A stretch of DNA of 48,103 bases from Candidatus Pacebacteria bacterium CG10_big_fil_rev_8_21_14_0_10_44_54 (GCA_002772695.1 PFDI01000021.1:11495-59597); one strand, 5' to 3'. Counted from the stretch's first letter, positions 1 through 10,489 are shown. A program made the numbers and translations. Notes: generated by a model not told the origin, from the sequence alone.

Positions 1-294
1 TTAGTCCCTGCCAACCTCACAAGTGATGAGATGATGGCGGCACAGACAGAATTGCGCGACCTACTCAAGAAAAATAAAGTCACCATCTTGGAAGAGATTG
101 ATTGGGGTAAAAAACAATTGGCTTACACAATTAAGCGCGCAGCTACCAGATATACCGAAGCAAACTACTTGCACTGGATCGTATCTGCCGCGCCAAAGCA
201 GATTGCAAAACTAGAGTTTGAGCTACACAATGCCTCTCGAGTAATTCGCCACCTTTTGGTGATAGCGGAGCCCAAAAAGGAGCAGGCAGCATAA
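1..294 (+). CDS. rpsF: 30S ribosomal protein S6 (5' end probably outside the window)
   Basis: WGKKQLAYTI and VIRHL motifs; frame is open to the window edge; rpsF-ssb-rpsR order. Confidence 0.9.
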   Translation, partial: LVPANLTSDEMMAAQTELRDLLKKNKVTILEEIDWGKKQLAYTIKRAATRYTEANYLHWIVSAAPKQIAKLEFELHNASRVIRHLLVIAEPKKEQAA

Positions 295-370
295 CGAGCG
301 CAGGGCTCTACGGTTTAGGTAATGATATTGTATATAGTAGAGATATAGTAGACAGCAGCCGAAAGGGAAT

Positions 371-874
371 ATGGCAACAAGATCACTCAACAAAGTAATG
401 CTCATCGGCAATCTCACTCGAGATCCAAATTTGCGCTATACGCCAAATAGTACCGCAGTTTGTTCATTTAGCATCGCGACCAATAGTTCTTGGACTCCTA
501 GGGATGGAGGAGAAAAACAAGAACGAGTTGAGTATCACAACATCGTTGCATGGTCCAAACTTGCCGATATTTGCGGACAACTCCTACACAAAGGTGACAA
601 GGTGTTTGTCGAAGGTCGATTGCAGACAAGAGACTGGAAGGGTGAGGATGGTGTAGAGCGCAGAACTACCGAGATTGTGTTGGAAAATATGTTGTTGCTG
701 CAGTCACGATCTGGCGGAGGATCGCAACCAAGTGCCAATGATAATTATGGCGACGACGATGATGATGTTTCGCCACCAAAAGCCAAGACTAGTAAAAAAA
801 GCACAAAAAAACAAGTTGATGCTCCAGAAGAAGCCATGAGCGCAGAGGATATTGCAGACGACGTACCATTTTAG
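371..874 (+). CDS. ssb: Single-stranded DNA-binding protein
   Basis: LNKVMLIGNLTRDP N-terminus; acidic DDVPF tail. Confidence 0.97.
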   Translation: MATRSLNKVMLIGNLTRDPNLRYTPNSTAVCSFSIATNSSWTPRDGGEKQERVEYHNIVAWSKLADICGQLLHKGDKVFVEGRLQTRDWKGEDGVERRTTEIVLENMLLLQSRSGGGSQPSANDNYGDDDDDVSPPKAKTSKKSTKKQVDAPEEAMSAEDIADDVPF

Positions 875-898
875 TCTAAAAGAATAAAAAGGAAAATT

Positions 899-1126
899 AT
901 GCCACCAAAACGTAAACCACGAAAAATTATTCGCAAGCGCACTTCGCCGATTGCCGAATCTTTTTCGTACAAAGAGATTGATGTGTTGCGCCAATGTTTG
1001 ACAGAACAGGGTGCAATTTTGACCCGACCAGAAACCGGCTTATCGCAAAAAATGCAGCGCCGCATGACCATTGCAGTCAAACGCGCCCGTCACCTGGCGA
1101 TGTTGCCGTTTACGCAGACGCTCTAA
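899..1126 (+). CDS. rpsR: 30S ribosomal protein S18
   Basis: TGLSQKMQRRMTIAVKRARHLAMLPF motif. Confidence 0.95.
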   Translation: MPPKRKPRKIIRKRTSPIAESFSYKEIDVLRQCLTEQGAILTRPETGLSQKMQRRMTIAVKRARHLAMLPFTQTL

Positions 1127-1173
1127 ATTTCCTAGTTCTCAAGCAAGAACTTACCAGTACAATGGTGAAGCTT

Positions 1174-2430
1174 ATGAAGGTTTCACTGCGGATTGTCTCC
1201 CGACTACTTACCATGGTTACGCTAATAGTTTTGGGAGCAGCCCTGCAATTTCAATGGAATATTGTTGGTCGTTTTGTGAGTACGCAGCGTGTACAGCAAA
1301 CTATTTCGACAACCAAGCTGTCTTCGCTGATCAACACCGATCAACCACCTAGTGTGGCTGAAGTTGATTTTTCTACCTTTTGGCAGGCATGGAATTTGTT
1401 GGAGTCTGACTATCTTGAAACGGATAAATTCGACCCAAAAGTGCTGACTGATGGTGCGATTGCTGGGATGACCGCCTCGCTCGGGGATCCCTATACGGTT
1501 TATCTCAATGAAAAGCAAACAGAACGGTCGACCCAAGACTTGGCTGGTGCTTTTTTTGGTGTCGGAATTGAACTTGGATATGTCGATGGCACCTTGGCAG
1601 TAATCTCACCATTGTCCGGCAGTCCAGCAGAGACTGCTGGGGTTAAGGCAGGAGATTTGATTTTGCGTATAAAAGATGAAGCCAAGGGTATTGATGAAAG
1701 TACTGCCAGCATTTCTATTCTTGATGCCGTCGATAAAATTCGTGGTCCAGAAAATACGCCGGTAGTATTGACGCTTTTTCGTAATAACAATGGCAATGAA
1801 CCGTTCGATGTTAGTATTACTCGAGGTGAAATTGTAGTTAAATCTGCCGAACTTGAGATAGTAGAGCAGGGTGGCAAGCGAGTTGCCCACATACAGCTAT
1901 CGCGCTTTGGTGGTCGGACAGATGGTGAGTGGGACAGCATTGTCACCAAAATCCTGGCAGAGAGAACAAAAATTGACGGCATTGTACTTGATGTCCGCAA
2001 TAATCCTGGCGGCTTTTTTGATGGCGCGATTGCTGTTGCGAGCGATTTTGTTCGATCTGGAACTATTGTGTCGCAGCAAGGCCGTTATCAGAGTCAAGAC
2101 TTTCCAAGTCTCGGTACGGCTCGCTTGGTCGGTATTCCGACTGTAGTGTTAGTCAATCGAGGCAGTGCATCGGCTTCTGAGATTGTGGCAGGAGCACTCA
2201 AGGATCAGGTGCAAATTCCTCTTGTTGGCGAGAAGACTTTCGGTAAGGGTACAGTACAAGATATTCGCACGCTCAAAAATGATGCAACTATGCACATCAC
2301 CATCGCGCGTTGGGTAATGCCAAATGGCGAATGGATTCATCATGAGGGTATTCCAGTCGATATTGAAGTGCAGGATAACCAAGAAACACCAGAAGACGAA
2401 CAGCTTGTGGCCGCGATAGAGTCACTTTAA
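1174..2430 (+). CDS. S41 family C-terminal processing protease (CtpA-like) with PDZ domain
   Basis: LGDPY, DVRNNPGG, SASASEIVAGAL and TFGKG motifs; start moved to ATG 1174 (1162 also possible) to avoid overlapping rpsR. Confidence 0.92.
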   Translation: MKVSLRIVSRLLTMVTLIVLGAALQFQWNIVGRFVSTQRVQQTISTTKLSSLINTDQPPSVAEVDFSTFWQAWNLLESDYLETDKFDPKVLTDGAIAGMTASLGDPYTVYLNEKQTERSTQDLAGAFFGVGIELGYVDGTLAVISPLSGSPAETAGVKAGDLILRIKDEAKGIDESTASISILDAVDKIRGPENTPVVLTLFRNNNGNEPFDVSITRGEIVVKSAELEIVEQGGKRVAHIQLSRFGGRTDGEWDSIVTKILAERTKIDGIVLDVRNNPGGFFDGAIAVASDFVRSGTIVSQQGRYQSQDFPSLGTARLVGIPTVVLVNRGSASASEIVAGALKDQVQIPLVGEKTFGKGTVQDIRTLKNDATMHITIARWVMPNGEWIHHEGIPVDIEVQDNQETPEDEQLVAAIESL

Positions 2431-2464
2431 TTTTTTTGTGCTTGGGTGTATAAATGGGTTTGTG

Positions 2465-3631
2465 ATGCGTATATCTGCTTCTGTTCGCTCATTCTTACTT
2501 GGACTTGCCATTTCACTTGTGGTGCTTGCTTCATTTGTTGCAGGGGGTTTGGCAGATCGAGTGTTTGTTATCAAGCCACTTGATATGTTTGCACCTCGAT
2601 TTGGTTCGGGAAACACACCCAAAGACTCTTCATCTCTTGGTCAACTCATTGACATAGGTGGCTCGCACTCAATTCCCGATGTAGTCGAAGCGGCCTCACA
2701 ATCAGTGGTGACGGTTTCAATCAAAAAACAACAGCGTGTGCTTTCACCTTCGGTAAACTCTATTTTTGGCTTTAGCTTTGGTCAAACCGAACTCAAAGAA
2801 GTCGAGCGAGACATCGGTACCGGCTTTATCGTTGGAACCAACCTGATCGTGACTAACAAGCATGTGGTGAGTGATGGCAGTGCATCGTATAAAGTGATCG
2901 ATAGTCAGGATAAGGAGTATGAGGTTGGCAAAATCTATCGTGATCCTATCAATGACCTTGCTATTCTCGAGGTAAAGGGCTTGCCAAACGTTGCATTGCC
3001 GCTTGGTGACTCCAATACTATTCGCGTTGGAGAGAGCGTTATTGCTATTGGCACAGCACTTGGCGAGTTTCGTCACACAGTGACTACGGGGGTAATCTCT
3101 GGACTTGGTCGCGGAATCGAAGCTGGCGACGGCTTTTCTCGTATTGAGACGCTCGAAGGTGTTATTCAGACAGACGCCGCAATTAATCCCGGAAATTCAG
3201 GCGGTCCGTTGCTCAATGCGCAGGGTCAAGTTGTTGGAGTCAACGTCGCGGTTACAGCAGGTGCGCAAAATATTGGTTTTGCTATTCCTATTAATGTCGT
3301 CAAAGCTTCTATAACCAATTTTAATGAAACAGGACAGTTTGACAGACCATTCTTGGGAGTAAGTTATCGACCAATCAGTGAGCAAGCGGCTTTGTTCAAC
3401 GATGTACCACAGGGTGCGTATCTGATTGAGGTGCGACCAGATGCTTCGGCTGGCCAAGCTGGCTTGCAAGCTGGTGACATTATTACTGCTATCGACGGTG
3501 AGCTAGTGAAAGACCAGGAACTCGCAGTTGTGCTCAACAAAAAGCGGATCGGGGAAGTGATAACTGTCCGCTACTGGCGTGATGGACAGTTTGAAGAGGT
3601 TAAGATTACGCTACAGGCTCCTCAGCAGTAA
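2465..3631 (+). CDS. HtrA/DegP-like trypsin serine protease with PDZ domain, membrane anchored
   Basis: TNKHVV, DLA and QTDAAINPGNSGGPL triad motifs; N-terminal hydrophobic helix. Confidence 0.93.
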   Translation: MRISASVRSFLLGLAISLVVLASFVAGGLADRVFVIKPLDMFAPRFGSGNTPKDSSSLGQLIDIGGSHSIPDVVEAASQSVVTVSIKKQQRVLSPSVNSIFGFSFGQTELKEVERDIGTGFIVGTNLIVTNKHVVSDGSASYKVIDSQDKEYEVGKIYRDPINDLAILEVKGLPNVALPLGDSNTIRVGESVIAIGTALGEFRHTVTTGVISGLGRGIEAGDGFSRIETLEGVIQTDAAINPGNSGGPLLNAQGQVVGVNVAVTAGAQNIGFAIPINVVKASITNFNETGQFDRPFLGVSYRPISEQAALFNDVPQGAYLIEVRPDASAGQAGLQAGDIITAIDGELVKDQELAVVLNKKRIGEVITVRYWRDGQFEEVKITLQAPQQ

Positions 3632-4541
3632 GCATAGGGCAAAGCTTATCGAGAATTGATAACAGAGCTCCGTCCAAAATAACTGGCAAGTTGTACCAAG
3701 ATTGTTTGCTTCTGTGATCCGTAATGCGATTTTGTGGGTAGTTGTAGGTGCGGATTTTTTCGGCTCTTCGTGCTCTTCCGATTGCACTGCGGGCTTTACC
3801 CAGTGTTGTTTGTCGTTTTTCTTCTTCGATTTCCCAGAGTTGTGAGCGCAATAGTTCCAGGGCTATTTTACGGTTTTGTTCTTGCTTCTTTTCTTGGCGC
3901 GCTGTAGCAACCAGCCCGGTTGGTTTGTGTGTCAGCCGAACTGCACTGCTCGTTTTGTTGACCGATTGCCCGCCAGCTCCACTCGAGCGCATAAATTGCC
4001 ACTCGAGATCTTCATCACGAATCGAAATAACACTTTGTGCTACTTCTGGCAAAACAGCAACAGAAGCAGTAGAGGTGTGAATACGTCCTTGCGACTCTGT
4101 TTCTGGCACGCGCTGGACACGATGTACGCCAGACTCAAACTGAAATGTTTCAAAAGCAGATAGAGTTTTGCCAGCAATCACAGCAGTACCTCGGATTTTG
4201 ATTATTAACTCATCAATAAATGTGACCGAAAACTTTTGTGTTTCGCAGAAGCGCACATACATGCGCAAAAGATCATTTGCCCAAATTTTTGCTTCATCAC
4301 CACCGGTGCCTGGGCGAATCTCGATGGCACAAGGACCTTTGGTTGGCTCAGCACCAACAGTTTCGTCTGCGCCAGAGGCAAATTGGGCCTCAGCGGTCTC
4401 GAGCATGGTTTTTTCTGCAGTCAGGCGTTCGATTTCCTGCTTTGCCATCTCGGCATACTCTGGGTCAGTACCAAGTGTTTGTGCCTCGGTAATTTTTTGT
4501 GCAAGCACGGCCAATTGAGCGGTATACGGAGAGTCTGACAT
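3606..4541 (-). CDS. prfA: Peptide chain release factor 1 (short N-terminus)
   Basis: HRVQRVPETESQGRIHTS (PxT motif), GAGGQ and IRTYNYPQNR. Confidence 0.93.
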   Translation of the reverse strand: MSDSPYTAQLAVLAQKITEAQTLGTDPEYAEMAKQEIERLTAEKTMLETAEAQFASGADETVGAEPTKGPCAIEIRPGTGGDEAKIWANDLLRMYVRFCETQKFSVTFIDELIIKIRGTAVIAGKTLSAFETFQFESGVHRVQRVPETESQGRIHTSTASVAVLPEVAQSVISIRDEDLEWQFMRSSGAGGQSVNKTSSAVRLTHKPTGLVATARQEKKQEQNRKIALELLRSQLWEIEEEKRQTTLGKARSAIGRARRAEKIRTYNYPQNRITDHRSKQSWYNLPVILDGALLSILDKLCPMLTAEEPVA

Positions 4542-4565
4542 ACGACTAAGGCTAGTATACCTTAG

Positions 4566-4898
4566 CTATTGAGTTTTCTGGGCTTTGGCAGCTGAGCGAA
4601 TTGCAATTTGTTGATTACGCAGGATTTCTTGGTAAGACTGTGGCGAAACTATTGGCTCATCCTCACTCTTTTTTGTTTTTTTTGCCTTGGGATCTGCCTT
4701 GGCAGCCGCCATTTTCTTGAGGAATTTATCGACACGACCTTGGCGATCGACAAAGCGTTGTTCGCCCGTGAAGAAAGGGTGGCACTTATTGCAGATGTCG
4801 ACAGTCAGATCGGCACTGGTAGAGCCAATGACAAAGGTGTTGCCACAACTACAGGTAACTTTGCAATCATCGTGCCAGTCAGCGTGAACGTGTTTCAT
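4566..4898 (-). CDS. rpmE: 50S ribosomal protein L31 (Zn-binding type, C-terminal extension)
   Basis: CSCGN...DICNKCHPFFTG. Confidence 0.95.
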   Translation of the reverse strand: MKHVHADWHDDCKVTCSCGNTFVIGSTSADLTVDICNKCHPFFTGEQRFVDRQGRVDKFLKKMAAAKADPKAKKTKKSEDEPIVSPQSYQEILRNQQIAIRSAAKAQKTQ

Positions 4899-4983
4899 AA
4901 CGAAAGGAGATTATAGCATATGAGTAGGAAATAGGGAGCGAACTACATGCTGACATCATAGTAAATGATATAGTAGGCTGCAG

Positions 4984-5427
4984 ATGAAAAAATTACTTCC
5001 TGGAGTTGACTATATCGCTATCACCTTTACTTTTTTTTGCCACGACGATGCCGGCCGGTTTGTGATGGCCAAGCGTGGCAAGAATGCGCGCGACGAGCAT
5101 GGGCGTTGGGATTTGGGTGGTGGCAAGCTAGAGTTTGGTGAAGATCCGATTGCGTCACTCAAGCGGGAGATTAAAGAGGAGTATTGCACTGATGTGCTTG
5201 AATATGAATTTTTGGGTTATCGCAGTGTGCTTCGTGAGCAAAAGGGCAAGCAGACGCATTGGGTGTCACTTGACTATAATGTTCGCGTAGATCCAGTGCA
5301 AGTGGCCAATGGTGAGCCACATAAGCTTGATGCGGTGGAGTGGTTTACTTTGGATACTTTGCCGAGGCCAATGCACTCTCAGGCGCCGGGGTTTTTTGAG
5401 CGATATGCGCAGTTGCTGAAGTTGTAG
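4984..5427 (+). CDS. NUDIX hydrolase
   Basis: Nudix box GGKLEFGEDPIASLKREIKEE. Confidence 0.9.
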   Translation: MKKLLPGVDYIAITFTFFCHDDAGRFVMAKRGKNARDEHGRWDLGGGKLEFGEDPIASLKREIKEEYCTDVLEYEFLGYRSVLREQKGKQTHWVSLDYNVRVDPVQVANGEPHKLDAVEWFTLDTLPRPMHSQAPGFFERYAQLLKL

Positions 5428-5534
5428 CATGTTGCCACCGCGAGTGGCACAGCGACAGCATCTTGATGAGTCTGTAGTGCCAGCGGTGGTATCGAAGGAG
5501 ATAGTGAAGCTGCGTTTGGCGAAAAATATGAACA

Positions 5535-6530
5535 CTAGAAAATCTTAGTTTCTTCCCACCTCACCCCAAACTTCTCCGGCAAATAAATCCCCGGCTCAAT
5601 TGTGAACACCATCCCAGGTTCTAGTACTTGCTCACTGCGAGTGTTGAGTGAGGGTGGTTCATGAATGGATAAGCCCAAACCATGTCCTGTTGTATGAATA
5701 AATTGCGGACCGTAACCCGACTTCACTATTACACTGCGTGCAGCATCGTCAATGCTTTTTGCGGTTGGTTTTTTTTGCTTTGTTGCTGTTTGGGCAGCAG
5801 CAAATGCTTTTTCGACCACTGTTTTAATTTTGACAAACTCAGGGTCAGGTGTTGTACCAAACCAGATGGTTCTGGTCATATCAGCGCAGTAGCCGCGTAC
5901 TTTGGCGCCACAGTCAATCAGGACGGCTGTGTTATTTGCGAGGGTTTTATCGGTTGGTTGATGGTGTGGGAGGGCAGAGTGCTCGTCAAACGCGACGATG
6001 GATGGGAAGGCAGTGGCGTCAGCACCAGCCAGAAACAACTGCGCATCAATACTGCGTCGCACATCCAGCTCACTCATACCTGGCTGGAGTGTCTGTAGTG
6101 CATTTTCGAGCACTTGCTTGGTAATCTCTACTGCCTCATTTATCATCGCTAGCTCTTGTTCATTCTTGCGCATTCGCAGTTGCCAAATAGTTTGCTCGTC
6201 CCAGTTTGAGAGAGTGTGCGCGGATTGCTGCAGCTGTATGTACTCAGCAGCAGTGATTGTCTGCATATCTACTGCCAACGGCATGTTGGTAGTGATCTGC
6301 TCAAGCACAGCCGCAATACTGCATGTTGGTACGTACGTAATCTCAGGCAATTTTTCGACTGGCGAGAAACTAGCGTACAACAGCGTTGTCTTGTGCTCCT
6401 GTACGAGCAGAAACGCCTCGCGTTCTCCTGGAGCCAGGCTCTCAAAACCGGTGAGGTACTGGATGTGATGGGGATTAGCGATGAGCACTGCGGTTTGAGC
6501 AGTGATAGTTTTTTGTAGAGTCGCAAGCAT
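5535..6530 (-). CDS. Xaa-Pro peptidase (M24 family)
   Basis: DCG..GYCADMTRT, HTTGHGLG, IHEPP and TIEPGIY motifs. Confidence 0.93.
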   Translation of the reverse strand: MLATLQKTITAQTAVLIANPHHIQYLTGFESLAPGEREAFLLVQEHKTTLLYASFSPVEKLPEITYVPTCSIAAVLEQITTNMPLAVDMQTITAAEYIQLQQSAHTLSNWDEQTIWQLRMRKNEQELAMINEAVEITKQVLENALQTLQPGMSELDVRRSIDAQLFLAGADATAFPSIVAFDEHSALPHHQPTDKTLANNTAVLIDCGAKVRGYCADMTRTIWFGTTPDPEFVKIKTVVEKAFAAAQTATKQKKPTAKSIDDAARSVIVKSGYGPQFIHTTGHGLGLSIHEPPSLNTRSEQVLEPGMVFTIEPGIYLPEKFGVRWEETKIF

Positions 6531-6531
6531 G

Positions 6532-7203
6532 TTACTCTTGGATCTCTAGAGGAGCGAGCGAACGAATGGTGGTGGCTGTTAGATCTGTCTCGTCCTTTTC
6601 GGCAATGACAAGAACAGTGAGATCTTCTTCTAGATCTTGGAGCGAGACTTCGGAACCATCTGAGTTCTGATACTCGGTAGATTTAGCGAGCAAAATCGCC
6701 TTTTGCTCTTTGCTGCCACGTGTTTGCAGTGACAAGCTATTTCTCTCGAGTACCGATAGTGTGCCAAGTAGAACGACACGCTCTTTTGGCTTTTCTGACG
6801 CATTCGAAGAGAGAATATACTTTGGCTCGAACATACCATCAACCTCTATACCGAGGGCGACAACCCAATCATCGACAACGAGATCAGTTACTTCAATTTC
6901 TTCCGATTTTCGCAAGACTTTTACCTGTGCATTGAGTGGAATAACAAGCGGTCCTTTGTGGGTAGTGAGAGTGATGGTGTTTTCTGTCACTCGCTCTATT
7001 GGTCCAACAAAACCGCGTTTTTTGGTATTAATTTCGGCAAGGGCACCAGCTACTTCTTGTTTTTTTTCTTCAATGACTCGGTCAATACGCTTTTTTATCT
7101 CTTGGTTAGCCCGACCGCTTTCACTCGCATCCTGAGCTTGGGTGACAGGAAGGATACAGAGGCTTGCGATAAGGAAGGTACCAAAAATAGCAATTCGATT
7201 CAT
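6532..7203 (-). CDS. Exported hypothetical protein with two similar beta-rich (OB/DUF5666-like) domains
   Basis: Signal-like N-terminus; two similar segments (EVTDLVVDDWVVALG and SLQDLEEDLTVLVIA). Confidence 0.6.
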   Translation of the reverse strand: MNRIAIFGTFLIASLCILPVTQAQDASESGRANQEIKKRIDRVIEEKKQEVAGALAEINTKKRGFVGPIERVTENTITLTTHKGPLVIPLNAQVKVLRKSEEIEVTDLVVDDWVVALGIEVDGMFEPKYILSSNASEKPKERVVLLGTLSVLERNSLSLQTRGSKEQKAILLAKSTEYQNSDGSEVSLQDLEEDLTVLVIAEKDETDLTATTIRSLAPLEIQE

Positions 7204-7205
7204 AA

Positions 7206-7670
7206 TTATTCTTCTTCGGCGGCAGGTGAGGCAGAATCGGTAGATTCAAAGAGTAGTGAGCTGACTACGATTGCTCGCTGCGCAGTCACTGTCTCGCCAT
7301 CCTCATTTACAGCGTGTACTGTCAGTATAGTGCTCCCTTCGTCAAGGTCAACAGTAAAGCTAAAGTTGCCACTAGCGTCACTGGTTGTGATGTACTCCAT
7401 ATCATTGGCAAACAAAACAATAATGGTGTCTGGTAAAGCGGTGCCAGTCACAGTTGTGCTGGATTCTTCTTGCACGGTGTTGTCTTCTGGGTGGAGGATT
7501 GTGAGTTGTGCAGCTACAGCAGGTTCTTCGGTAGGCGTAGTTGGGGCTGTAGTGCTGATTGGTTGGGTTTTGGCAGATTGTGTTGCCTTGCGCACGCGAT
7601 AGAGACCATAGGTGATAACTAGACCAAATGCCAAACCGATAATAATTGCCAGTAGGATTTCTTTTTTCAT
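7206..7670 (-). CDS. Membrane-anchored protein with Ig-like domain
   Basis: N-terminal TM helix, Thr/Pro linker, TVTGTA...DASGNFSF...L.EG Ig-like pattern. Confidence 0.7.
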   Translation of the reverse strand: MKKEILLAIIIGLAFGLVITYGLYRVRKATQSAKTQPISTTAPTTPTEEPAVAAQLTILHPEDNTVQEESSTTVTGTALPDTIIVLFANDMEYITTSDASGNFSFTVDLDEGSTILTVHAVNEDGETVTAQRAIVVSSLLFESTDSASPAAEEE

Positions 7671-7717
7671 CTGAGCGATCTGTATTATAAACCAAGACCC
7701 ATGTTATAGTACAAGCT

Positions 7718-8377
7718 ATGCAGATTACCTACCATGGTCACTCAACCTTTAAATTGAAAGGCAAACTTGGTTCAGTTGTCACTGATCCCTACAATGCCGA
7801 AATAGGTCTGCAGCTTTCGACACTAAGTGCTGATATTGTCACTGTCTCACATGCGCATGCCGATCACAATGCTTTTAATCAGATTAAAACAACTGCGAGG
7901 CGATCACATCCGTTTGTTGTCGAAAAACCAGGTGAGTACGAAGTAGGTGGTATATCAGTTTTTGGTGTGCCAACCTTTCACGATGACGCACATGGCAGTG
8001 AGCGAGGATTAAATACTGTTTTTACTATTTTGCTCGACGAACTTCGTGTTTGTCATTTGGGTGATCTGGGGCATGAATTGACTACCACACAACAAGAGGC
8101 GATTGGCAGCGTCGATATTTTGCTCTGCCCAGTTGGTGGCGTGTTTACACTCGACCCCAAACAAGCGATAAAAGTCATCCGAACCCTCGAACCAAGCATC
8201 GTTATCCCCATGCATTTTCGTACGGAAAAACATGACCCGACGGTATTTTCGGAACTTGCCACGAGAGAAGACTTTGTCGCTGCCTTTGGTTCTGAGGCCA
8301 AAGAAGTGGAGAAACTAGAAGTATCTCGTGCCTCACTGCCAGAAGAAACTGAGCTCACCCTACTACTCCAGACTTGA
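7718..8377 (+). CDS. MBL-fold metallo-hydrolase
   Basis: GHS, VSHAHADH, HLGD and IPMH motifs. Confidence 0.9.
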   Translation: MQITYHGHSTFKLKGKLGSVVTDPYNAEIGLQLSTLSADIVTVSHAHADHNAFNQIKTTARRSHPFVVEKPGEYEVGGISVFGVPTFHDDAHGSERGLNTVFTILLDELRVCHLGDLGHELTTTQQEAIGSVDILLCPVGGVFTLDPKQAIKVIRTLEPSIVIPMHFRTEKHDPTVFSELATREDFVAAFGSEAKEVEKLEVSRASLPEETELTLLLQT

Positions 8378-8378
8378 T

Positions 8379-9692
8379 ATGGCACAAAAATCTGTACGTA
8401 TCCCGCCGCATAATTTGGACGCTGAGCGGTCGCTCTTGGGTTCCATCCTGATTGATCCCGAGGCGATTATTAAAGTAGCCGACAAGCTTACTGCCGAAAG
8501 TTTCTACGCTCCAGCAAATCAGGCACTTTTTGCAGCTATGGAAGCCCTGTACGATTTGCGCCAACCGATCGACGCAGTAACACTGACCTCTCAACTCAAG
8601 AAAATGAAACAGCTCACCCAAGCGGGTGGAACAGCAGTAGTGGCCGAGCTTTCCAATGAAGTAGGAAGTGCATCCAATGTAGAGCACTACTGCAAGCTCG
8701 TGAGTGAAGCTGCGATCAAGCGCAGGCTTATATCAGTAGCTAGTGAGATTACGACGCTGGCTTTCGACGAGGGCAAGGACATCCAAGACATTATGGATAC
8801 GACCGAACAAGAGGTTTTTGCCGTTTCACAAAAGCAATCTCAGAAATCTTTTTTACCAGTCAAGGATACGTTGGTTGAGAGTTTTGAGCGCCTTGACGAA
8901 CTGCAGCGCACAGGAGGCGAACTGCGCGGAGTGCCAACTGGTTTTGTGGATCTTGACAATATGTTAGCTGGTTTGCAGCGTTCAAACTTGATTATTCTGG
9001 CCGCTCGACCAGGTATGGGCAAAACAGCTTTATCTCTCAACATAGCACATCATATTGGTGTGACAGCCAAGAAACGAGTGGGGATTTTCTCGCTCGAAAT
9101 GAGTCGAGAGGAACTGGTCGACCGCTTGCTTGTCTCTCAAGCAGATATTGATGCATGGCGCCTCAAGACTGGTCGGCTGAACCAACAAGATTTTTTAAAA
9201 TTATCAGACGCAATGGGAGTTTTGGCAGAAGCATCACTGTTTATTGATGATACACCTGGTTTGTCTGTTTTTGAAATGCGCACCCGAGCCAGACGCTTAA
9301 TGTCGGAGCAGCATATCGACATACTCATTGTTGATTACTTGCAGCTTTCGCATGGTCGTACTCGCGATAATCGAGTAACTGAAGTAGGCGAGATTTCCCA
9401 GGGTCTCAAAAACATTGCCCGCGAACTCAAAATTCCAGTGCTCGCACTTTCGCAGTTGTCTCGAGCCATCGAGAGTAGAGGAGAGAAAACACCGCAACTA
9501 TCTGATCTTCGTGAATCTGGCTCCATTGAGCAAGATGCCGATGTGGTGATGTTTTTGTATCGCAAAGACGATGATATTCCCGAGTCTATGTCGGTCAAAG
9601 TGGCCAAGCATAGAAACGGGGCGTTGGGTGAGATTGATCTCTTTTTTCGTGGTGATCGCATCAAATTTTATGGAATGGAGACGAAGCGGTAA
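8379..9692 (+). CDS. dnaB: Replicative DNA helicase
   Basis: PPHNLDAERSLLG, AARPGMGKT, VDYLQL and DLRESGSIEQDAD; start at ATG 8379. Confidence 0.98.
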   Translation: MAQKSVRIPPHNLDAERSLLGSILIDPEAIIKVADKLTAESFYAPANQALFAAMEALYDLRQPIDAVTLTSQLKKMKQLTQAGGTAVVAELSNEVGSASNVEHYCKLVSEAAIKRRLISVASEITTLAFDEGKDIQDIMDTTEQEVFAVSQKQSQKSFLPVKDTLVESFERLDELQRTGGELRGVPTGFVDLDNMLAGLQRSNLIILAARPGMGKTALSLNIAHHIGVTAKKRVGIFSLEMSREELVDRLLVSQADIDAWRLKTGRLNQQDFLKLSDAMGVLAEASLFIDDTPGLSVFEMRTRARRLMSEQHIDILIVDYLQLSHGRTRDNRVTEVGEISQGLKNIARELKIPVLALSQLSRAIESRGEKTPQLSDLRESGSIEQDADVVMFLYRKDDDIPESMSVKVAKHRNGALGEIDLFFRGDRIKFYGMETKR

Positions 9693-9696
9693 AACA

Positions 9697-9945
9697 CTAG
9701 TTGTTGGCCATCACGGGCGTCATGCCAAACAAAAAGTAAAATAGCCCTCCCGAGAGGACGAGGAACAAGAGTAGGGTGCCGACATTGCGCTTGAAGGCAA
9801 CAGAGGCGTTGTCTGGGTCAGAATTATCAACGCTCATGACAATGACAATGGCGATGACAAGCCAAATACCCGCTCGAACCAACAGTGACTGCATCGTAGT
9901 AATGTCAAATATGGCATGAAAAATAGCAGACAAATCCATAGACAA
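9697..9945 (-). CDS. Small two-TM hypothetical membrane protein
   Basis: 82-aa ORF filling the gap, with two hydrophobic segments. Confidence 0.65.
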   Translation of the reverse strand: MSMDLSAIFHAIFDITTMQSLLVRAGIWLVIAIVIVMSVDNSDPDNASVAFKRNVGTLLLFLVLSGGLFYFLFGMTPVMANN

Positions 9946-10017
9946 CTACTATGCAGGAGTAGTGGGGAAATTGCAAGTGAGTGCTCGAGGCAGGTGGTAT
10001 ATAATAACCAATCTAGA

Positions 10018-10103
10018 GCCGAGGTGGCGGAACCGGTAGACGCGTGGGTCTCAAAAACCCATGAGGCTCAAACCTCGTGAGGGTTCGAGTCCCTCTCTCG
10101 GCA
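10018..10103 (+). tRNA. tRNA-Leu (CAA), long variable arm, CCA not encoded
   Basis: Acceptor GCCGAGG..TCTCGGC+A; anticodon arm TGGGT-CTCAAAA-ACCCA; GGTTCGAGTCC T-arm; TATAAT upstream. Confidence 0.96.
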
Positions 10104-10489
10104 CGAAATTGTTTGTCAAAAAGTTATATAACAAAAGAAATAGTGACTGTTTTTTCGAGAGAGAAAGAGGCTAACAGAGCTTTACTTGGAGATTTTAGAG
10201 AACTTACATTTTCTGAGCTTGAGACGCTAATAGATAGTCCCATAGGCATAGTTTTGGGTTGTGTGGCATAGTTGCAATTTATGCCAGTGGTTTGTTGAAC
10301 GCGCCGGTGCTTTGGAAAGACATTCAATTTGATCCTAAAGCATTTAAGAAAATCTTCGATGGTAGGGTTAATAAAGATGGGGTAGGAAAAAGTAGTGTTG
10401 AAGTTTTCAGGGAAAGGTATAAGGAGAATGCTGGGATTTTTACTTTTGCCTCAAATGTCTCAAAATTGCCTTTGCCACAATATTCGTGA
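10104..10489 (+). pseudogene. Probable 5'-truncated, frameshifted gene remnant after tRNA-Leu
   Basis: Two overlapping protein-like frames (to 10271 and 10259-10489), no convincing start, lower GC. Confidence 0.4.

Noticed and set aside
332-353. ATATAGTAGA direct repeat upstream of ssb
   Set aside because: Only two short AT-rich copies, and explicable as promoter sequence
5461-5500. Hammerhead ribozyme (TGATGAG...GAA)
   Set aside because: Core is not CTGANGA/GAAA and the required stems cannot be formed
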